This document shows, one piece after another, positions 60,769 through 64,000 of a stretch of DNA of 64,000 nt. Under the pieces are notes generated by a model. That model had not been told where the DNA came from, did no database searches, and saw only the letters and a program-made list of their open reading frames with translations. A program made the translations under genes and the position numbers. Source of the stretch: Octopus sinensis (lineage: Eukaryota); assembly GCF_006345805.1 (NCBI RefSeq), contig NC_043009.1, positions 54,622,001 through 54,686,000 on the forward strand, written 5' to 3'. How positions within the stretch are numbered: the first letter of the stretch is position 1; every line of letters starts with the position of its first letter.

Positions 60769-62796
60769 ATTTAAGAATAACTGGAATAACATTGCTAGAT
60801 AAAAGAGAACAAAAACTAAATACACACATTTCAATATAGCTGACTTTTATCCCTCAATAACCAAAATTTCATTGATGTAGGATTTAGATTTTATGAATGC
60901 AGACACTGATAACATGATAACAGTGAGTCGGATATTAATGTGATTATGAACTCAAAATTGACATTTCCCTCCGGAACATAAATATAGCAAGCTATCAAAT
61001 AGGAACTGCTAAGTTCAGCTATTCAGCTTGTAAGAATTTTGGCTGTTATATCAGAGTTTGTAATGCTGCAAAGCTGAATGAAAAAGAGAATAAAACAGTT
61101 GGTCATTAAAGAATTTATGAGAACTACCCACTAGATGGTAATTTGGGCAAAGTTAATAATGTAGTGCTAAAGGAAAAACAAAAACTGAATGAACATTTAA
61201 AAACTGAATTTATAAACATACATATTTGTCATTCTTAACTAAAATTTTGAAAAATAAAATGCACAACAGCTTTGTCAAAATTTTTATAATTCTTGCATGA
61301 GAAACTTTCACAAATTCAAAACTACCTGGTTGATAGTAGATAAGGCACAACCATATGTGAATGGTAACTTCAAATCAAAAATGCAGTGTGACCTTTGAGT
61401 AAAAAATTAAGAATTTTGGTTCCAAGCAGTCATGGTTTGAACAAAAGAGATATGTGTATTAGGCATATACAACCCCCCCCACACACACACACACACACAC
61501 ACGTAAGCATGCATATATTGATTTTTAAAATATTAAGTAGTACAGTTTGATGAGAAAAGTTAGCAACATTGCCTGTATGAAATTGAAGATGTTTGGAATA
61601 TTCTAACAGTCAGAAATGGAAAGAAAAATATGAGCTTGAAACAGCTGTTTTAGCATATGTCACTCGCAAAGTTTTTGTTTTGTTTTCTATTTTTTAAAGA
61701 ACAAAGGCAAGCAATTCCTTTATAACTTTCATAGATTTCAAAATATATTCAAACAGATATTTCAAAGTAAATGAGGGTCAGATTGCCAGCTGGATAATCA
61801 GAAGTATGTAACTAGGAGTTTTGGAATTATGAACCTTTCAGTTATAATGTATTTAAGAACAATCTACAATTATATAAGAGTTCTGTAATTTATCACTTCT
61901 TGGTGAATCAACAGAGATGTGGAGTGGGTGGGACTGTGTTTAGTTGAGGTGGTCATTTTACAGTTGTAATGAACAGACAGTACTGTCAGAAACAAAGACA
62001 CAAGCAAAACCAAAGACATTATCTTTGGCAGTGCAACAGTGTTGATAAATATAAAATAGAGTTTGATTCTCAGTTGGTATGGTCTCAGTTGATAAGAGCC
62101 TGGTGGAATGATGTGGAATTCCTTTTCCATATCAGCAAAATCAAAAAAAATAATTCTTCATACTTTGCCACAACTTATAAAATTCTTGCATCCAGTCAAA
62201 TGCAACATTCTTAGTAATTAACCAATTTTCACATAATTACACTTATCTGTTACTTTTGGTCCACTGCATGTTCCTGTAGCTTTGTTAATTAAAATTATAT
62301 TCAGCCTTGTGCATAAAATCTGTACTAGTACTACTACCTAGTCCTTTTCAGAATTATGTATAAACTTTACAGACACTTAAATCCTTTCTGGAATTGTGCA
62401 TAGTGTGCATGAACTGCAATTCATCTTCAGAATTGTAAATAACCTGCATCAAGAATTTCTTTTATTTGTGCATAACTTGCATGAGCACCAAGATCATTTT
62501 GGAATTACTGTGTAAGTCTCACAGAATTGGACATAAGCTACACCAACTGCTTTAGAATTTTGCACACCAAGTCCGTTTTTTCTTTCTTTGATATTGTCAG
62601 TAACTTGCACTAAGTCCATTTTGGAATTGTGCATACAACATCAACATTTTTGGATTTGTACATGCAAAACCCTCATTACGTCACTTCAAAAATTTTTTAT
62701 ACTAGTAGCAATTTTCTGAATTGTGAATAACCTGCACTAAGTCTTTCTCAGAATTGTGCATATTAATACCAAGTTTCAAGTTCTTTAGTCTTTTGC

Positions 62797-63999
62797 TTAA
62801 TTTGAAAAGTTACCTTCCAATTTTTTCTTCATTCGTTCACGACCCACATCATCATCATGTTTCCGTTTACTCTGCAAGGTACTTACATTGTCAGGATCAT
62901 CATCAGTAGTTATGTTACTTTCCGATGGCGCTTGGCTTTCCATTATTCTGGCATTGCCAGCCATTTCCTCTTGGCTCTCTACCACATTTATATTACCCTC
63001 CCACTCTTTCTTGGTCTCCATTATGCTTCTGTCATCACCCCTCTCATCTTGGCTCTCCATTCCTCTCACATCACTATCCATCTCTCCTTGACTCTCCACT
63101 ACATTTGTGTTGCAAGCTGTCCCTTGATTTTCCACCTCATTTGCATCACAGTCAGCCTCTTCCTGACTCTCTACTTCATTTGTGACACAAGCAGTCTCTT
63201 CTTGACTTTCCACCACATTTGTGTCATTAGCTGTCTCTTCTTGATTCTTCATAGCACTCATATCACCTGCCATCTCTTCTTGATTTGTCATTAATATTTT
63301 GCCACAAGTCATCTCTTCCTTGCTCTCCACTACTCCATCAATATCTGTTACCTCTTTGGTCTCCCATATATTTGTATCATCATGTATGTTCTTTTTGCTC
63401 TCCTTAGCATTTGTTCCACAATCCCTCCCTTTACTCTCTCCCATATTTGTGTCATCAGTTATTTCTCCTTTGCTCTTCCTTACATTTGTATCTTCATAAA
63501 TTTCCTCTTTGTTTTCCCCAATATTTTTGTCATCATAAATCTCCTCTTTGCTCTCCTCTACATTTGTATCTCTAGCCAACAGCTTTCTGTTTTCCATTGC
63601 ATCCAAGTTATCTGATGTCTTTTGAAACAACATCTCTCTTTCACTTTCTTGTTTATACAGCACAAATTGAGTATCATCTTCCAAGTTCTGATTTGGTGAC
63701 ACAAGTCTTGAGTCACCCTCAGCTTTTTTATTTTGCCTGAAGGGCACATTACCTTGTTTGCTTTGCAAATTGCTTTCACCACCTTGCTCACTCTTCATAA
63801 GTGACACATCACCCTCAACATTCTGCACAAGAGACACATCATCTTTAGCCTGTTTCACAAGTGACACATCTCCTTCCCGCCCTTGCCTAACTTGAATGAG
63901 TGACACTTCATTTTCAGCTCCCTGCAAGAGTGGTAAATCATCTCCAGCCTCATGTATGCTGTCCCTTTCAGCTTCCTGTTTAGATTGTGCATCATCTTG
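62797..63999 (-). CDS. Large terminal exon of an acidic, repeat-rich protein (400 or more aa; open at the window edge)
   Basis: The frame is stop-free from 63999 (QDDAQSKQEAERDSIHEAGDDLPL...) to TAA at 62797; the ORF-track 'M' at 63927 is a TTG. About 17 copies of a 13-aa D-T-N-V-V-E-S-Q-E-E-x-x-x unit. Confidence 0.8.
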   Translation of the reverse strand, partial: QDDAQSKQEAERDSIHEAGDDLPLLQGAENEVSLIQVRQGREGDVSLVKQAKDDVSLVQNVEGDVSLMKSEQGGESNLQSKQGNVPFRQNKKAEGDSRLVSPNQNLEDDTQFVLYKQESEREMLFQKTSDNLDAMENRKLLARDTNVEESKEEIYDDKNIGENKEEIYEDTNVRKSKGEITDDTNMGESKGRDCGTNAKESKKNIHDDTNIWETKEVTDIDGVVESKEEMTCGKILMTNQEEMAGDMSAMKNQEETANDTNVVESQEETACVTNEVESQEEADCDANEVENQGTACNTNVVESQGEMDSDVRGMESQDERGDDRSIMETKKEWEGNINVVESQEEMAGNARIMESQAPSESNITTDDDPDNVSTLQSKRKHDDDVGRERMKKKLEGNFSN

Positions 64000-64000
64000 T

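Overview
Repeat-dense eukaryotic DNA, very probably an octopus (coleoid cephalopod) genome. This is inferred from the tRNA-derived SINE families, the abundant microsatellites and the CDICGKSF-type single-exon C2H2 gene. Most ORF-track entries are microsatellite or SINE artefacts. Three host genes are supportable, all on the minus strand. (1) A five-exon gene (13485-32350) that the ORF track never shows intact; I assembled it from phase-matched GT-AG junctions, and it encodes a 228-aa protein with a signal peptide, 10 Cys and a GPI-anchor-like tail. (2) An 11-finger C2H2 zinc-finger gene (49546-50490) whose array seems to have been shortened by a nonsense change and a SINE insertion. (3) The 3' end of a gene for an acidic protein with 13-aa repeats (62797 to window end). 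The rest is SINEs, LINE and Penelope fragments, mariner/hAT/pogo/Merlin-like MITEs, a Helitron and several long palindromes. The most unusual signal is a module found twice, each time joined to Penelope coding sequence: a tRNA-like Pol III head, then (AAT)n, then a hammerhead-ribozyme-like core. A second, different hammerhead-like motif lies at 41322. Family assignments come from motif recognition, not database searches, and many repeat boundaries are approximate.
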